Origin: Octopus sinensis
Lineage: Eukaryota
Assembly (NCBI RefSeq): GCF_006345805.1
Contig: NC_043013.1
Location: 8,804,001 to 8,868,000 of the forward strand
DNA: 64,000 nucleotides
Reading direction: 5' to 3'
Below, piece after piece: positions 40,665 to 53,966 of the stretch. The translations under genes were made by a program, and so were the position numbers. Position 1 is the first letter of the stretch; each line of letters starts with the position of its first letter. The notes beneath the pieces are model-generated. The model searched no databases and had not been told where the DNA came from. It worked only from the letters and a program-made list of their open reading frames with translations.

Positions 40665-42600
40665 GCACTCAAGCTGCCAAGCACCCTGCCTTAGTCTACG
40701 CTCCATCCAGGACTCCAGCTCAGTCAGGGGAACGATCTGTGGATCTAACAATCGGTAATCGCACATCCTTATCGTCAAGGAAATGTTGGACATGTCGCAG
40801 GCTCAGAGCGTGACTGCGCATCACTAGACATTGCATGATCGGTCCTCCACTCAGCGTATGTTGACAGCGAATGAACTGTTTGACCAATAGATCACATCCC
40901 TTCCACAGAAAAAGAAAAACCAAACGCTTCAATCTCATCAGCCATGAAGTGGAGCAAGGCACGAGAGTCTGGTGATAACATAAGCAAAGTAAGCCTTTCA
41001 TGGACAGTTTCTTCACAGCCCATTTCTGACTGAAACTAGCCACCCCACAAGTCACGTCTCCCAGGTCTGTTCCACTTTGAGATTTGGATCAAACCAAATC
41101 GTGAGCAATTTAACCGGTACAGTCGTCCACTGCCCCATGATGCTGTTGGATGGCATGGACCTGCTTCTCCAGGTACCCAGATGCAATCTCACCGACGTCT
41201 TCTGGTTAACTTTTGTTCCTGCCCCCGTCTCGCAGCTCCCCAGTGTAGTACCAATCAGCTCCGACATTATTTCACTGACAATTACCCGCTTCTGCAATCA
41301 TGGATCTTTCATGCCAGAGTTCTGACGGGATGCCCCCAACCCATTTAACCCCCAAATTCAGAGGAAGTAACTCTTAGGACAGTACGTACAGAAGAGAAAG
41401 GGAAGAGAGGTGTCATCCTTGACGGTCGGAGTGCTTGATACTAAACAGTACCGATAGGTGACTATTTAAAGTTACCACCAAGCAAATGACACAATAAATT
41501 GTAATGATCTAGCTTCTGCAGACGAGCCCGAATCCAATTACTTAGTGGAATGCCACCAAGTATTAATGGTCAACTCTATCAAACGGTTCCAACTGATTTA
41601 AATTAACCAGAACCCCACCTATGCCAGGCTTTTTACCTAAATTTTCTGTGGTGCACCATGTGAGGTGGAGATTGTTATAGATAAATCTGTTTGCTTTAGC
41701 ACATTCAGTGCCTCACCTATCGGAGTATCGAGGACCAGCACCAACTTTTTCGATAATATTTTGGTCAAAATCTTCAAACCATCTCCCTTGTTCGGGTCCT
41801 TTCTCGGCTACACTTCTTTCCACAGAACTGGATATTCCCACGTTTATTGCCAGTTGCAATAGAAATCTGTCAAGCAGTCCCTGAATAAGTCTGGCATATG
41901 ACGATAAAGCTTGAAGGACAGACCATCAGGCCCCGGCGACTCCTCCATCGTCCAGCCCGATATTGTTTCCCGTATTTCATCAGCTGATATCGGCTTTTTA
42001 CAGAACTTCGCATTCCAGGCCAAGAGCCATGGCACACCATCGATGTAGGCAGTAAAGCTCATCTCCATCCATCGTCCACCATCGACTAGCCACCCAAATA
42101 GTTGAGCGAAGTGTCACATCTGCTGTAGTAGAGCGTCACGCACCCTTCCAAATTCGCCAAAGGTCGAATTGTGGCCTTGTTGCTGCATTGAGCATCTTCC
42201 ACCCTTATTCCTTCGATCGCATACTCTATCTCTGAAAATTCAACCTTCGTGCTTAGTGTAGAAGAATAGATCAAGGGCCAGATGTGCTGCCAGAATGTGA
42301 GACATGCATTCAAGATGGCGTTGCAATTACACACTAGCACTAAAGATCGGGACGTTCCTAGGAAACCCTCGAAAGGCCTGAAGAAATCCTGCTTCCTTTC
42401 CACACTGAAGAACACACAGTTATCAGTCTAAAGGCACCACCTTCGCTACTGTTCACATCTACAACCAATAACATAGAGTCCAGGAAGACAAAACGCATCT
42501 CGAGAATCATGTCTGCCCAGGTCCACGAAAATTGAATGGATCTCTAGTCCCAGGTCTTTCCGAAATAATCCTGTCACTTCTCCACCCCACCACCCATTCC
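40665..42600 (-). mobile_element. Old degraded Tx1/L1-like LINE related to 45465-48355
   Basis: SPGPDGLSFKLYRHMPDLF..YCNWQ and GTKVNQKTSVRLHLGTWRSRSMPS align to the intact copy. Confidence 0.85.
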
Positions 42601-44229
42601 AGATTTAATAAGAAATGTGAAGATATTGAATCTGCTACAAACGGGTGCAAATTTGCGTGTATTCGAATTCCTAGTCTCGCTGATGATTATTACATCCAAA
42701 CCTAGTAATTTGCGCTCATTAAGCAGGCAACCCCGTAAAATAATATTAAGCATTCATAAAGATTGCTACAAAAATTTAATTACAACACCGGACGTCAATA
42801 ATGTGTTTGTGAATGTTTTTCATTCGGTCAGCCATTCATTTTGTTTGCAGGTTAACATTGTGTGCATGTTTTCCCTTTACAATAATTCATTATAAATTAA
42901 TAAATATACTCTAAATTCATTATAAATTAATAATAACACTCTAAATAAACTGAAGAAAAAAGACCAAATAGTGGAAACTCATTATTGCTTCTCTCTTAAA
43001 TGAATTCATAAAACCTTTTCACATATTTAAAAAGCAAGAGAATTTCTAGTTCCAAGATACAAAGTTTGAGCAACATAGGAAAGTTGATGCTGATTTAAAT
43101 ATATACTGCATCTGATTTATGAAATTTATAAAGAAAATAAGAAGACTGGTTACGAAACCTAGGAATGCTTGATGCATTTTTAAAGTAATGAGATACACCT
43201 TCTACTCATGTGAACTAAGTACAAGTTGCAAAGCCACATCAAGTGATGAATCCAAATGAACAGCAAATGAAAATTGAGAGATAAAATAGAAAAAACTAGA
43301 GACATTTTCTTATTTATCACTTTAAATGATGTATTTAACCAAATGATCGTTTATTCGGAAACTGCTTGCTTTTTATCAAAACCTTCCAAAAACTGCTTGC
43401 TTCAAATCTCATCACTGACGATATAATCATTCGAATTATTAAGTTGAGATCTTTCTGTATGTAAAATGAAGTTATTTAAGGGGCTAATTTCGTAGATGAA
43501 ATAAATTAATACATAAAAGGGGAGAGAGGGAGAGAGAGAAAAAAAAGGAAAGCAAAGAATGGGTCAGATATAATTAAAACTGAACAATTGGTAGAAGTCT
43601 GTCCGCATGAAATATCCTGAAAGTAGACCTTTTGCAAAATCTAAAACCTCTGAATGATATGGCTACATATGCTGCCACATTCTTATGAGAGTATTGTGAT
43701 ACACACACACACACAATGTTTTTTACAATATTGCCGATGTATTATCCTTCACCAAACTTATGTAAAAATGGGCACATGCTCAAACAATGTGAGGGATGCC
43801 AAGAAGGGAGCGGGTAGGTGAGAGAAAGTATGAAAACAATAAGTGCATAAGACACCAACACGAAGACGGAAGTAGTGAGAGGCAGATGTTGTTCAAGGTA
43901 AAAAAAAAATCATTGATACTATGATTTAACATTTACCTGCATTATAATGAGGGTGGAGCGAAATAAAGGCAGTATTCCGAAATTAGTGATCATATTTCTC
44001 TATTTCTATAAGTATGAAATTCAGTAACCTGAGGTTCCGCTAAACAAAGGATGCCTGTATAAAGGGCGTGAGGTATTTTAAGCACTTACTTGTGTCTATT
44101 AACTTACAAGATTAGGAAAGGTATTATGTTAGAAAATCAAGCATTTATTATTAGTCGTGACCCCTGGATTAATGGGATTGATATGAAGTTATTGAACCAA
44201 AAAACAAAAATTAGCGTGGGTGAGTCTGT

Positions 44230-44460
44230 GTGATGGCACATGGCCAAACGGTTAGGGTGCTGCTCCCGTAATCGTCTGTTCGATTTCCAGGCCGGGTGGT
44301 GTGTTGGGTTTTTGAGCTAAACGCTTCATTTCACGTTGTTCTGCAACCACTTAGACATCTCATTTGTGGCACACTAAGCACCTGTACAGGTGATGTCGAT
44401 TTGATGGAGAAAGTGAGCTAATGCGCAGCACGAACACGTGATCATAATTTAAAAAAATCA
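44230..44460 (+). mobile_element. Degenerate tRNA-derived SINE
   Basis: TGGCCAAACGGTTAGGGTG..GTTCGATTTCC head, non-tRNA body. Confidence 0.55.
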
Positions 44461-44552
44461 TTTGTAGGTTGTTCAGAAAGGAAATACAGAACCGTCATTC
44501 TCGAAATCATGACTATAATTAAAAAATATTTGAAAGAAATCGTTTTTTGGTT

Positions 44553-44735
44553 TCGTAAAGTATACTAGCCATCTCAATATAGCTAACCACTAAGGGTGGG
44601 TGTTACTGTAGCTTTTAGCCCCAGGAGATCATCGTCTCCAGCTGGCTTTAGGCAGACTTTCTGTGCCCTTTCTGTGCTACAGTAACACCCACCCTTAGTG
44701 GTTAGCCATATTAAGATGACTAGTATACTTTACGA
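44553..44735. repeat. Fold-back element, ~60-bp inverted arms
   Basis: TCGTAAAGTATACTAG..GGGTGGGTGTTACTGTAGC / GCTACAGTAACACCCACCC..CTAGTATACTTTACGA. Confidence 0.9.
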
Positions 44736-45169
44736 TGTCGAGCAGTTACTGTTTACATCTCATTCAGAGATTTATTATTGTTTTTTGGTTTCTTATCCAG
44801 AAATCTGCTTTCCATTGTTCTCCACCATACATTCGGCTTTCCAACAAGTATAAATACAAAGCATTGGCGGGGGTTGGTCGTTTTCGCTTCCATAAGTTCT
44901 ATGCCTATCGCTTTCTAGCAAGCACCTCTTCCTAACAGGCATACATGTTACCAAAGTGGCGAGAGCTTCATCATTGTCATTCTCCCTTTACCACCATTTA
45001 ACAACCGACTACTACAGACAACCTTTGTATACCTAATCTAATGCGAAATTCAAAGGAAAATAAATCTGGCACGCAAGAACTTTCATCACCATGTTGATTC
45101 TTATGGTTTATATTACACTGTCTCACGGAGTTTGAACACTCTAACAGTATCATAACCTGTTACACACAC

Positions 45170-45420
45170 TCATACACACACACACACGTCTTTGTGTCTA
45201 TATTTGTCCCCCACCACCACCGCTTGACAACCGGTGCTGATATGTTTATGTCCCCGTAAGTTAGCGGTTCGGCTGAAGAGGACGATAGAGTAAGTATCAG
45301 GCTTTAAACAATAAGTGCTAGTGCCGCTATATTTGACTAAAAGTTCTTCAAGGCGGTGCCCCAGCATGGCCTCAGTCTATTGACTGAAGCAAAAAAAAAA
45401 AATAGAAAGTAAAAGAACAG
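45170..45420 (+). mobile_element. SINE 3' body and tail
   Basis: GCTTGACAACCGGTG..CCCGTAAGTTAGCGGTTCGG..CAAGGCGGTGCCCCAGCATGGCC; same tail at ~17360-17400. Confidence 0.7.
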
Positions 45421-45464
45421 ATAGATAGACAGACAGACAGATAAACTGACAGATAGATAGATAT

Positions 45465-48355
45465 GTTTCTTTATTAGCCACACAGGGCTGCACACAGATA
45501 GAACAAATTACAAGGTAGAGCTTTTCTTTTGAAGGTATTAAAAAAAAAAAAAAAAAAAAAGGAAGGGGAGGTTCGATCAAAAGGGATCGTAAAAGGAGAG
45601 AAAGAGGACAAAAATAAGGGGGGTTAAAAAAAAAAAAAAAAAAAAAAGGGGGGGGAGAGGAAAAAAAAATGATCAATAGGGATCATTATCACAGAAATGT
45701 CAATATGAAGTGTAAAGGGGAGGACAGGTGAGGTTTACCCGTGGAAAGAAAAGCCTGCGGAAAAGACCACGGTAACCTCGGTCAATGAAGTCACATTTTA
45801 TATTTCTTTTTTTTTTTTTTTTTTTTTTGCAAATAAGCAACTCTCTGTTTTCGATTTCTGGGTTCATAGGACTATGCTCAAGGTGGCTTCGTCATTCATA
45901 CGTGCCATTCTTGCTACATTCACCCATCTTTTTTTAAAACATTCGCTAGACAAAACTTGCCTCTCTACTCTCACTTTCCTTTTCAAGTGGTACTTGAAGA
46001 AGTTGATGAGAGATTGACCAGAGAGGAAAGTGTTTGTCTCCAATCCTTTCAGACGCGTCCACCAGATACATTCTTTCGCCATAGCCACAAGGATGATGAA
46101 AATAGCTCTTCCTTCCCGTTTGAAGGAAGGAGGCGTGACAATATTGACGATAGACTCAGCTGATAAACCGACTCGTCCCACACGTGACAGCAGTTGTTCG
46201 ACATAAGCCCACAGGTCGGAAATTGTTGGACACTGAACGAGTGCGTGCAGAACGGTTTCGTCGCTCTGACCGCATCTCGGGCAGGTCGGCCCCGTGTTTC
46301 TCGAGCCGTGTCTGTAGAGCTTATCCCGAACGGGTAGCGCTTCTCGGTAGCACTGCCAGGCCAGGGATCTCTGGAAGTTGTCCATGGGCCCTGGCCCGAA
46401 AGTCGTCCCGAACAGGCGGGTCAGGTACTCCTCGTCGACGTCCAGGTTCGCCCCGAGCTCGTCGTCGTACCTCCCCTCCACTAAACCCCTATAGAATGCT
46501 TTGGTTGTGTTGAAGTCAATTAAGGTCGACCCAGGACGGCAGAGTTGCTTGAGAGCAACGCGACACTCGCGGTGCCATTCGCCCTTCCTCGGCCTCTTTT
46601 TGATCCACGACTGCAGTTCGGTCATGGAGACGAGCTGCGGGAAAGCGTGCCTCACAAACGGCGACCACACCTGTTCACCGTCGTCTACATAGAGCCAGAG
46701 ATGTCGCAGTCTCAGCGCGTGTCTGCGCATCATCAACCACGGCATGCCCAGCCCTCCTTTTAACGGGTGTTGACAGCAAATGGATCGCCTGACCATCGGG
46801 ACGCATCCTTTCCACAAGAAGCGAAAGAGGATGCGTTGTAGTTTGGTGATGGTAGGGTCGGGACAAGGTACGACGGTCAGGCGGTAGTAGATGACGGACG
46901 CGATGTACGTGTTCGCCACCTCCGCTCGACCTTTTAGGGACAGTTTCCTCTCGGCCCATTGCCGGGCGAGAGTGACCACCCTACTCGTTATCTCGTTCCA
47001 GTTCTTCTCCACTTGGAGGTCCGGACCAAACCAGACCCCGAGCAACTCAACCGGGCCGTCGGTCCAGCGTCCCACGACGGAGGCGCTGGTGGACGGCATG
47101 GGCTTGCTTCTCCAGGTGCCTAGTCGCAAGCCCACTGACTTTTCCCGGTTGATTTTCGCTCCTGTCACCGCTTCGTAGTTTTTCAGTGTCTCGCCGACCA
47201 GCTCGATGTGCTCGTGGCTAGACACTATGACGGTGACGTCGTCCGCGTATGCAGACACGCTCGTCCCGCATCCCAATTCTCGCGGGATGCCCCTTAGAGT
47301 CGCCAGCTTCCGCAGTAGTGGCTCAAGAGTCAATACGTATAGAAGCGCCGAGAGGGGGCATCCCTGACGGACCGAACGTGCAATGTCGAAAGGTCTCGAT
47401 AGATGTCCATTTACGCGAATTACCGAACGGATGCCTCTGTACAAGGCAGCTATCCAGCCGCGGAAGACGGGACCGAAACCAGCCGCTCTCAGCACTGCCT
47501 CCAAGTATCGATGGTCTACCCTATCAAAGGCTTTTGATTGATCCAAGTTGATCAGGGCCCCACCCATGCCAGGTTCGTTAACTACCCTGTCTATGATGTA
47601 GCGCATCAGATGGAGGTTGTCATGGATGGTCCGGCCTGGCACGGCGCATGTTTGCGCCTTGTCGACCAGTTTCTCGATGACAAGCGCCAACCTCTTGGCT
47701 AGCACCTTGGCCAAAATTTTCAAGTCTGCATTAAGCAGAGTGATGGGCCTAAAGTTATCTATTACATTTCCCTTGTTTAGATCTTTCTTCAGCAGTGTTA
47801 CGGCTCCTCGGCTCACAAAACCAGGAATGCTCCCGTTTTGCTGCCAGTTGCAGTACACCGCCGCCAAGAGATCTCCAAACAAGTCTGGCATACAATTGTA
47901 AAGCTCGTAGGGTAGACCATCCAAACCCGGTGATTTGTCCCTCGAGCATTCTGCCATCGCTTCCCGCACTTCCGCCGCCGTGATGGCACCTTCGCAGCAC
48001 CCTGCCTTTCTTGTCGAGAGTCGTGGTAGGCTATGTAGGTAGGCACTGAAGTCCACCCTACGTTCTTGCCCTCCACTCGTTCCGAACAGTCGGGCAAAAT
48101 GCTGCTGAAAGGCCTCACACATTTTACTTGGCTCGAGCAATTCGCGCCCCTGTTCATCTACCAGTGACCGAATGGTGGCTTTGTTGCCCTGTTGCGCCTC
48201 TGCCACCCGGGCCTCTCTCGCGGCTCCAACACCTTCGTTCCTTAGAGCACGCATCCTAGCTCTGACAGCACATCCTTCGTGTTTGGCGTTGAAGTGTTGG
48301 TCGAGGGCCAACCTCGCCGCCAAAACGTCGGATGCGATGCCGCTTCTAATTGCCT
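45465..48355 (-). mobile_element. Tx1/L1-clade LINE, 5'-truncated, young, flanked by (TAGA)n-type repeats
   Basis: Intact RT ORF, pyrimidine-rich 3' UTR, AATAAA-GAAAC end joined to (ATCT)n without poly(A). Confidence 0.93.
45864..48323 (-). CDS. LINE ORF2 (reverse transcriptase plus C-terminal zinc finger; endonuclease lost by 5' truncation)
   Basis: SPGLDG, NFRPITLLNADLKI, DQSKAFDRV, RQGCPLS, YADDVT, CPRC..ETVLHALVQC; frame is open up to the truncation point near 48353. Confidence 0.95.
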   Translation of the reverse strand: MAARLALDQHFNAKHEGCAVRARMRALRNEGVGAAREARVAEAQQGNKATIRSLVDEQGRELLEPSKMCEAFQQHFARLFGTSGGQERRVDFSAYLHSLPRLSTRKAGCCEGAITAAEVREAMAECSRDKSPGLDGLPYELYNCMPDLFGDLLAAVYCNWQQNGSIPGFVSRGAVTLLKKDLNKGNVIDNFRPITLLNADLKILAKVLAKRLALVIEKLVDKAQTCAVPGRTIHDNLHLMRYIIDRVVNEPGMGGALINLDQSKAFDRVDHRYLEAVLRAAGFGPVFRGWIAALYRGIRSVIRVNGHLSRPFDIARSVRQGCPLSALLYVLTLEPLLRKLATLRGIPRELGCGTSVSAYADDVTVIVSSHEHIELVGETLKNYEAVTGAKINREKSVGLRLGTWRSKPMPSTSASVVGRWTDGPVELLGVWFGPDLQVEKNWNEITSRVVTLARQWAERKLSLKGRAEVANTYIASVIYYRLTVVPCPDPTITKLQRILFRFLWKGCVPMVRRSICCQHPLKGGLGMPWLMMRRHALRLRHLWLYVDDGEQVWSPFVRHAFPQLVSMTELQSWIKKRPRKGEWHRECRVALKQLCRPGSTLIDFNTTKAFYRGLVEGRYDDELGANLDVDEEYLTRLFGTTFGPGPMDNFQRSLAWQCYREALPVRDKLYRHGSRNTGPTCPRCGQSDETVLHALVQCPTISDLWAYVEQLLSRVGRVGLSAESIVNIVTPPSFKREGRAIFIILVAMAKECIWWTRLKGLETNTFLSGQSLINFFKYHLKRKVRVERQVLSSECFKKRWVNVARMARMNDEATLSIVL

Positions 48356-48381
48356 ATAGATAGATAGATAGATAGATAGAG

Positions 48382-48471
<90 letters not shown>

Positions 48472-48979
48472 GTTTCTTTATTGGCCACACAGGGCTGCAC
48501 ACAGATGGGATAAGTTACAAGGTAGAGCTTTTCTTTTGGGGATGAAGAGAACAAAAAAACAAAGGAAAAAAAAAGGGGGTGGCGTAGGTTTTCGATCAAG
48601 AGGGATCGTAAAAGGGAAGAAAAGAACAAAAACAAAAAAAAATTGAATAAAATAAAAAGAATAAAAAGAAAAAAAAGAAAAGGAAAAGGAACAAAAGGAA
48701 AGAGAAATGAAAAAAGAAGAAAAAAGGGGAAAAAAAGGGGAAGAGGAAAAAGAGAACGATCAATAGGGATCGTGTATCACAGTGTTATGATATATGGTGT
48801 AAAGGGGAGAGCAAGTAAGGTTTATCCGTGGGAAGAAAAGCCTACGAAAAAGACCACGGTAACCTTGGTCAATATTGTTATATGTTACCACATTTGTTTG
48901 CAAGTGGGTAACCCTCTGTTTTCAATTTCTGGGTTCATAGGATTATGCTCAAGGTGGCTTCGTCATTCATACATGCCAT
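48472..48979 (-). mobile_element. Second copy of the same Tx1-like family, 3' ~500 bp only
   Basis: Matches 45465-45908; same AATAAAGAAAC|(TATC)n junction. Confidence 0.9.
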
Positions 48980-48985
48980 AGATAC

Positions 48986-49091
<106 letters not shown>

Positions 49092-49440
49092 CCTGAGTAT
49101 CTCATCCTACTCCAGCAGCGTCGTCTGCGTTGGCTCGGTTACGTGCATCGAATACCGGACGGAAGGATTCGAAAACCTTCTGTACCGGGAATTGCCCACC
49201 GGCACAAGAGCACGAGAATGACTTCACCTTCGGTTCAAGGACGTCTTCAAGGGAGTTATGAAGTCGCTTGATCTGGATGTCCTGAGATGAGAGGAGGTCG
49301 CAAATGATCGTCCACACTGAAGTAAATGTCGAAAAGGCCTCTGGAAGATTTTGTTCTTTTGGTATGGCTCGGCAGGTGTCCCAGGGCACCACAGCCTGGG
49401 TCCAGTAGTCATATAGACGAGGGGAAGTGTAACAGAAACT
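49092..49440 (+). mobile_element. RTE/BovB-like LINE 3' fragment
   Basis: LQQRRLRWLGYVHRIPDGRIRK..LYRELPTG..LRFKDVFK. Confidence 0.8.
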
Positions 49441-49520
49441 CGCAACCAAAGAAAAACGCACTCGACGGATGCCTACTCCTCCTCCCCTTCCACCACCTCC
49501 TCCGCCGCCGCCTCCTCTTC

Positions 49521-49553
<33 letters not shown>

Positions 49554-49572
49554 TTGTTACCACTTCTACTGC

Positions 49573-49701
<129 letters not shown>

Positions 49702-50406
49702 GATTTATATTTATATATAATAACAACTGATGGATAAAGGTTCACTACAGCTGTTTGTAATGTGTTTTTATTGAGGAACAGAACTGTAACATCATGCAAA
49801 AGAAAAACCCGTTTTCATCAGGTGAAATGGGTCAAAATTAACAATTACAGTTTCTCATGAAAATTAACATAGGGTCATGTGACTCGACGATTCCAATGTC
49901 GATCATAGTGGGAAAGGACTGAGATAGTATTAAGCTTATAGTTAGGAGATCGTATCGTGACTGGAAAGAGAAAGAAAGAAGAAGAAAAGAGGAATACAGG
50001 AGAATAAAGGATGGAAGGATGAGAGAAAGACTAATGCGAGGGAGAAAAAGAAGATAATGCATTATCCTTCTATCCTTTGAAGCTTATAAATAAAATTATC
50101 TTAGTTTTAGTAGAGTTGAGAGAAGAACGAAGACGCACGCACATTTCGATAGATACCTTATATATTTGTTATATTTCTGTAACTTTTAATAATTTATAAC
50201 CCTATTACAATTTATATTCCATATGTATTGTAGAAAACTCATATATTTCATATTCTACATCACATACCAAATCGTATATTTCTAGAATAAATATGAATGT
50301 GTATATGTGTATATCTCTATCTAGGGTCTGAAGAAGCGCTATAAAACTAAGCACTTCATGGACATGAAACCCAGAGTAACCCCATATAGCAGCCATATCT
50401 AAATTA

Positions 50407-50499
<93 letters not shown>

Positions 50500-51059
50500 C
50501 GAGAGAGAGAGAGAGAGAGAGAGTGTGTGTGGTTGTATACTGTCAACATAATGTGACAGTCCCGGATGGGAATTACAGCACCGCTGTTTAGCCCTAGGAA
50601 GCATCGAACGCTTCCTGTCGGCTTTGACACATTTCCTGTATCCTTATATTTGTGAAGGAGAGGCAAGCACCCCCACCAGCCAAGATTCACACCTGAGGAC
50701 CTGGATGTATATATATATATATACACGCGCACACACACACAAATACACATACATATGTATATATATATATATCTTCTACACTCAACAAAACGTTGAAATA
50801 AAAGGATTAAATAGAAAGCTTTAAAAACATCTGAAACACGTAAATATGCCTGTTAGCTTATATACATTAACGCATCACACTAACATATTGAGATATATCC
50901 GGCTTTATGTTTCCTCTGATACAATTGTTATTGCATGTACTTGATGTGGCAGTAAGTCCATTCTCAAATGCTATCCATAATACATGTTAGTGGTAGCGGT
51001 TGAAGTAATATAAGAGGTGTTAGCAGTAGCAGTAGTTGTGGTGGTGGCGGCGATACTCC

Positions 51060-51260
51060 TTGTCGTTTAGCTCCAGGTTAAACTTAAATCAAGTAGATCT
51101 ATGATCAAAAGCATTCCAGCTATAATCATCTTTCCCCTTTTTAGGGTCATATCTAACACTATATTATCTACCTGTAATATGTACTTCTTTTTTGTTATAG
51201 ATTGGGTATGATTTGGAAGAAATTTAGCTGCTATTTCTAGAGTCTCTCTTTTTAGCATGA
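51060..51260 (-). mobile_element. LINE endonuclease remnant (tentative)
   Basis: KRGKMIIAGMLLIIDLL resembles the APE IIxGDFNIDLL motif. Confidence 0.35.
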
Positions 51261-51552
51261 GTTGTCACTGTAGTTATCATTGTTGTTAGCTCAGATCAAA
51301 CCTATTTGAATAGAGCCGTGAGCAGAGGCAGTTCAGCCATGACCAGCCCATTCTTTATAGAAATAGGAATATTCTTTTACTTTCATCAGTCATAGATCTG
51401 TGATCTTGCTGGGGTCTCTGCCTCAAAGAGTTTAGGTATTTGAATTGACTTCAGTGATTATTTTAAAGTCAGATTCTTTTCCTGTTGGTTTCTTTTGCCA
51501 AAGTGCTATTTCATGGCGACAAAGACAATCCAATACTCGTTGTCAAGCAGTG

Positions 51553-51593
<41 letters not shown>

Positions 51594-52265
51594 TATTCAC
51601 CCACAGCAATGAGTGAATGATATTCTTAACCATTTAGCATTTAAACTGGCTGTATCTGGTTGAAATATTCTACCTGCTTCATGTTAAAACTGGCAAGGTA
51701 CGGCCTCTCACACCTGCTCTACAATGTCATTATAAAAATATACAAGTGCATCAAAATCTCCAAAACAATATTAATAAATAAGCATAACAGTTAATAAAAT
51801 AATTTGAATGCTAAAGGGCTGAAAGACAATTTAGTATAATTAAACTTCCCTAAAAGTTCCAAATGAAGCGAGTCTAATACTAAAAAACAATCTTTAAACA
51901 TTTTGCATGGAAAAAAATCTTTTGAGGTAAATATATTGATGACTTGGAGAGAGAATAAGGGTGAAATTCGTATTTAAGCATATCTCATTTATTTCCGAAA
52001 AAGCAATTAGTATGATTTAATTTTAATGAAGAGGAATCTAATACAGAATATCGTTTCAAATTGGTACAGTCATTAAGAAAAAAGTAAAGAAGTAAAAAGT
52101 GCTCAGACTTGAGGGTGAACTATAGCTATGCCTTTTTCTATCTATTTATAGACAAGCAGACTGTGAATTATACTTTTACGGTTAATATACATTTTCACAA
52201 TTACTTCTATGAACTCTACCTAATTCAGTTTTCTACCAAATTATATGTAGTTAAGTTCATTATAT

Positions 52266-52308
<43 letters not shown>

Positions 52309-52599
52309 CAGATGTATACAAAACAATTCAGAAGGATCTGAGTAAAGTAGTTTTGGGTTCATCATCATCATCATTTAACATCCATGTTCCATGCTGGCAT
52401 GAGTTGGTTATGGTAATTAGACAGAACATAAGAAGTAGAAAGTTTACATTCTCAGGTATAATGACTCAACAATAGATAATGCACATTTCTATGTATTAAT
52501 CATTTCAAGCAGTTATATTTTATATATGTACAAGTGAATTAATCATATTAATAACATCTCTCCTTCTTGCGTTATCTCCCACATCACTTTCCCAGTTTT

Positions 52600-53015
52600 C
52601 AGAGTTGGCACTATAAATGTAGGCACATTGAAAAGCCGGTCTAGCGAGATTGCAGAGGTGCTTGAACAGAGACGTGTTGATGTATGTTGCGTACAAGAGT
52701 TAAGATAGAGAGGAGATTCAGCCAGTCCTCACAGGCAAAGAACATAGGTATAAACTCTTCTGGAAAGGTAATAGTGACTGAATAAGGGATGTAGGCATAC
52801 TTCTTGCAGAAACATAGGTGGATAAGGCCGTAGATGTAGCGAGGGTGTACGAGAGAATACTTAAACTCAGACTAGTCTTGCAGGATGGTATAGCTACAAT
52901 TATCTCCGCCTATCCCCACAAGCGGGCCTACCAAATGAACAGAATTATCTCTTTTATGATATTCTTCTGCATGCTACCTCAAAGACGAATGATATTGATC
53001 TCATCTTTGTAGCTG
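52600..53015 (+). mobile_element. RTE-clade LINE APE endonuclease remnant
   Basis: GTINVGTL..EIAEVLEQRRVDVCCVQE..YKLFWKG..VGILLAE..ERILKLRLV..IISAY..FVAGEFN. Confidence 0.85.
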
Positions 53016-53019
53016 GAGA

Positions 53020-53420
53020 ATTTAATGTTAACGGTTCCTCATGAAGATAATATGGACGCCGCACGGGCTCGAAAATTTAACTGTTATGTAAACCTCCTCG
53101 AGGAATGTGAAGACGCAGGCTGGAAAGCGGAACATTTTCCAATCGAAGTTGGATGTAGAGGGTTCGTTGGACACAGTGTGAGACGACTGTTGTTATCGCT
53201 AGGCCTAACCCATCGTAAACTCAATACCACCATGACCGATATCCAATCTACAGTGGAGAAGACTAGCCATTGGATTTGGTTAAAAATAGACGATGAGCGA
53301 TGGCTAAAAGGATATTGAGCTTAATTTGATAACCAGCTGATCTAGCAATTGGGGCTTCATATCAGTGAGGTGGGGGGGGTGCGCATTGATTACGTCGAGA
53401 AGTAGGCCCCGAAACGGCGT
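53020..53420 (+). mobile_element. HERO-like (RLE-type) LINE 3' end
   Basis: LTVPHE..RK..Y..L.EEC..AGW...FPIEVGCRGF..SHWIWLK restriction-like endonuclease C-terminus. Confidence 0.8.
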
Positions 53421-53670
53421 GCCTTCTCTCCTGATGACCACACACACTTGCTGGCTTCCGGTATACAGAGCTTTTGACTGGTAGCACTTGCATGTGCAAG
53501 TAGTTTGCAAGACATATGTGGGTGATTATCACTGTTTGCATATGTGTATGTATGTATGTATGTATGTATGTATGTATGTTTTCATGCAAGCATGTATGTA
53601 TGTATGTATGTGTGTATGTATGTATGTATGTATGTATGTGTGTATGTATGTATGTGTGTATGTATGTATG

Positions 53671-53703
<33 letters not shown>

Positions 53704-53959
53704 TATTTTGACATTTTGAAAAAGAACGTCTGAATCATATTTTGTTTAAATGTAGAAATACAAACCTATAAAATGAATTTCGAAAATGTTCAAAAGTGAA
53801 GATTTTGTGGTGTAGTTGTATGAAAAGTTAATAAAAACAATATTGTTTTTAAAATATCGGAATAGTGTCGAAACTACAGGGAGAAACTATAAATTATAGA
53901 TTTTTAAAAGGAATTGATTAACATTCCTAAGAGTTCACAGATAACGAAGCATGTGTTAC

Positions 53960-53966
53960 ATCATTT
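53960..53966 (-). CDS. Candidate 7-nt micro-exon X (A AAT GAT)
   Basis: CTTTTGCAG|AAATGAT|GTAAC; spacing conserved in the paralogous block at 59070-59076. Confidence 0.25.

Noticed and set aside
53400-53445. GAAAC..CTGATGA in the HERO-like 3' UTR as a hammerhead
   Set aside because: Stems II and III cannot be paired sensibly
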